From Candidatus Velthaea sp. (GTDB taxonomy: Bacteria > Vulcanimicrobiota > Vulcanimicrobiia > Vulcanimicrobiales > Vulcanimicrobiaceae), in contig JBEKHC010000073.1 in assembly GCA_050012475.1 (NCBI GenBank), forward strand, positions 1-26,754: a stretch of DNA of 26,754 bases, read 5' to 3'. Below the pieces are notes generated by a model. The model did not search any database. It worked only from the letters and a program-made list of their open reading frames with translations, and was not told where the DNA came from. Position 1 is the first letter of the stretch. The number at the start of each line of letters is the position of its first letter. A program made the position numbers and the translations under genes. Shown here one piece after another: positions 26,679-26,754 of the stretch.

Positions 26679-26754
26679 TTACGAGGCGAAGAGTTCGGCG
26701 ACGGTCTTCTCGCGCAGCTTGGCGACCTGCTCCGCCGTCCGCAGCGACTTGAGC
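26679..26754 (-). CDS. rpsE: 30S ribosomal protein S5, C-terminal fragment (partial)
   Basis: Manual translation ...[24 protein letters not shown] resembles the Firmicutes/Actinobacteria-type S5 C-terminus and sits at the expected position. Confidence 0.88.
   Translation of the reverse strand, partial: LKSLRTAEQVAKLREKTVAELFAS

Overview
High-GC (~65-70%) bacterial core-genome window, mostly encoded on the minus strand. The short 16S V1 helix (AGGTAGCAATACCT), a Firmicutes-like rrn boxA, a Gram-positive-type LexA box and the adk-map-infA-rpmJ gene order suggest a Terrabacteria lineage, possibly Eremiobacterota/Vulcanimicrobiota (inference only). From the right end: the tail of the spc cluster (rpsE partial, rplO, secY, adk, map, infA, rpmJ, rpsM), with rpmD missing from its usual place. 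A ~6.3 kb block then splits the alpha operon. It holds a VOC protein, an ornithine cyclodeaminase-family gene, a beta-hydroxyacid dehydrogenase-family gene, a soluble chemoreceptor with two MCP signalling domains, a perfect LexA (Cheo) box and a 13-unit ~39 bp tandem repeat array. Next come rpsK-rpsD-rpoA-rplQ with their own candidate promoter, a full trpEGDCFBA operon, an SDR, a cysteine hydrolase, a sulfurtransferase, lhgO, P5C dehydrogenase, a mosaic array of hairpin repeats, and the promoter, leader and 5' end of a 16S rRNA gene. The most unusual points are the split alpha operon (terminator after rpsM, new promoter before rpsK), the SOS box abutting the repeat array, and the double-MCP receptor.
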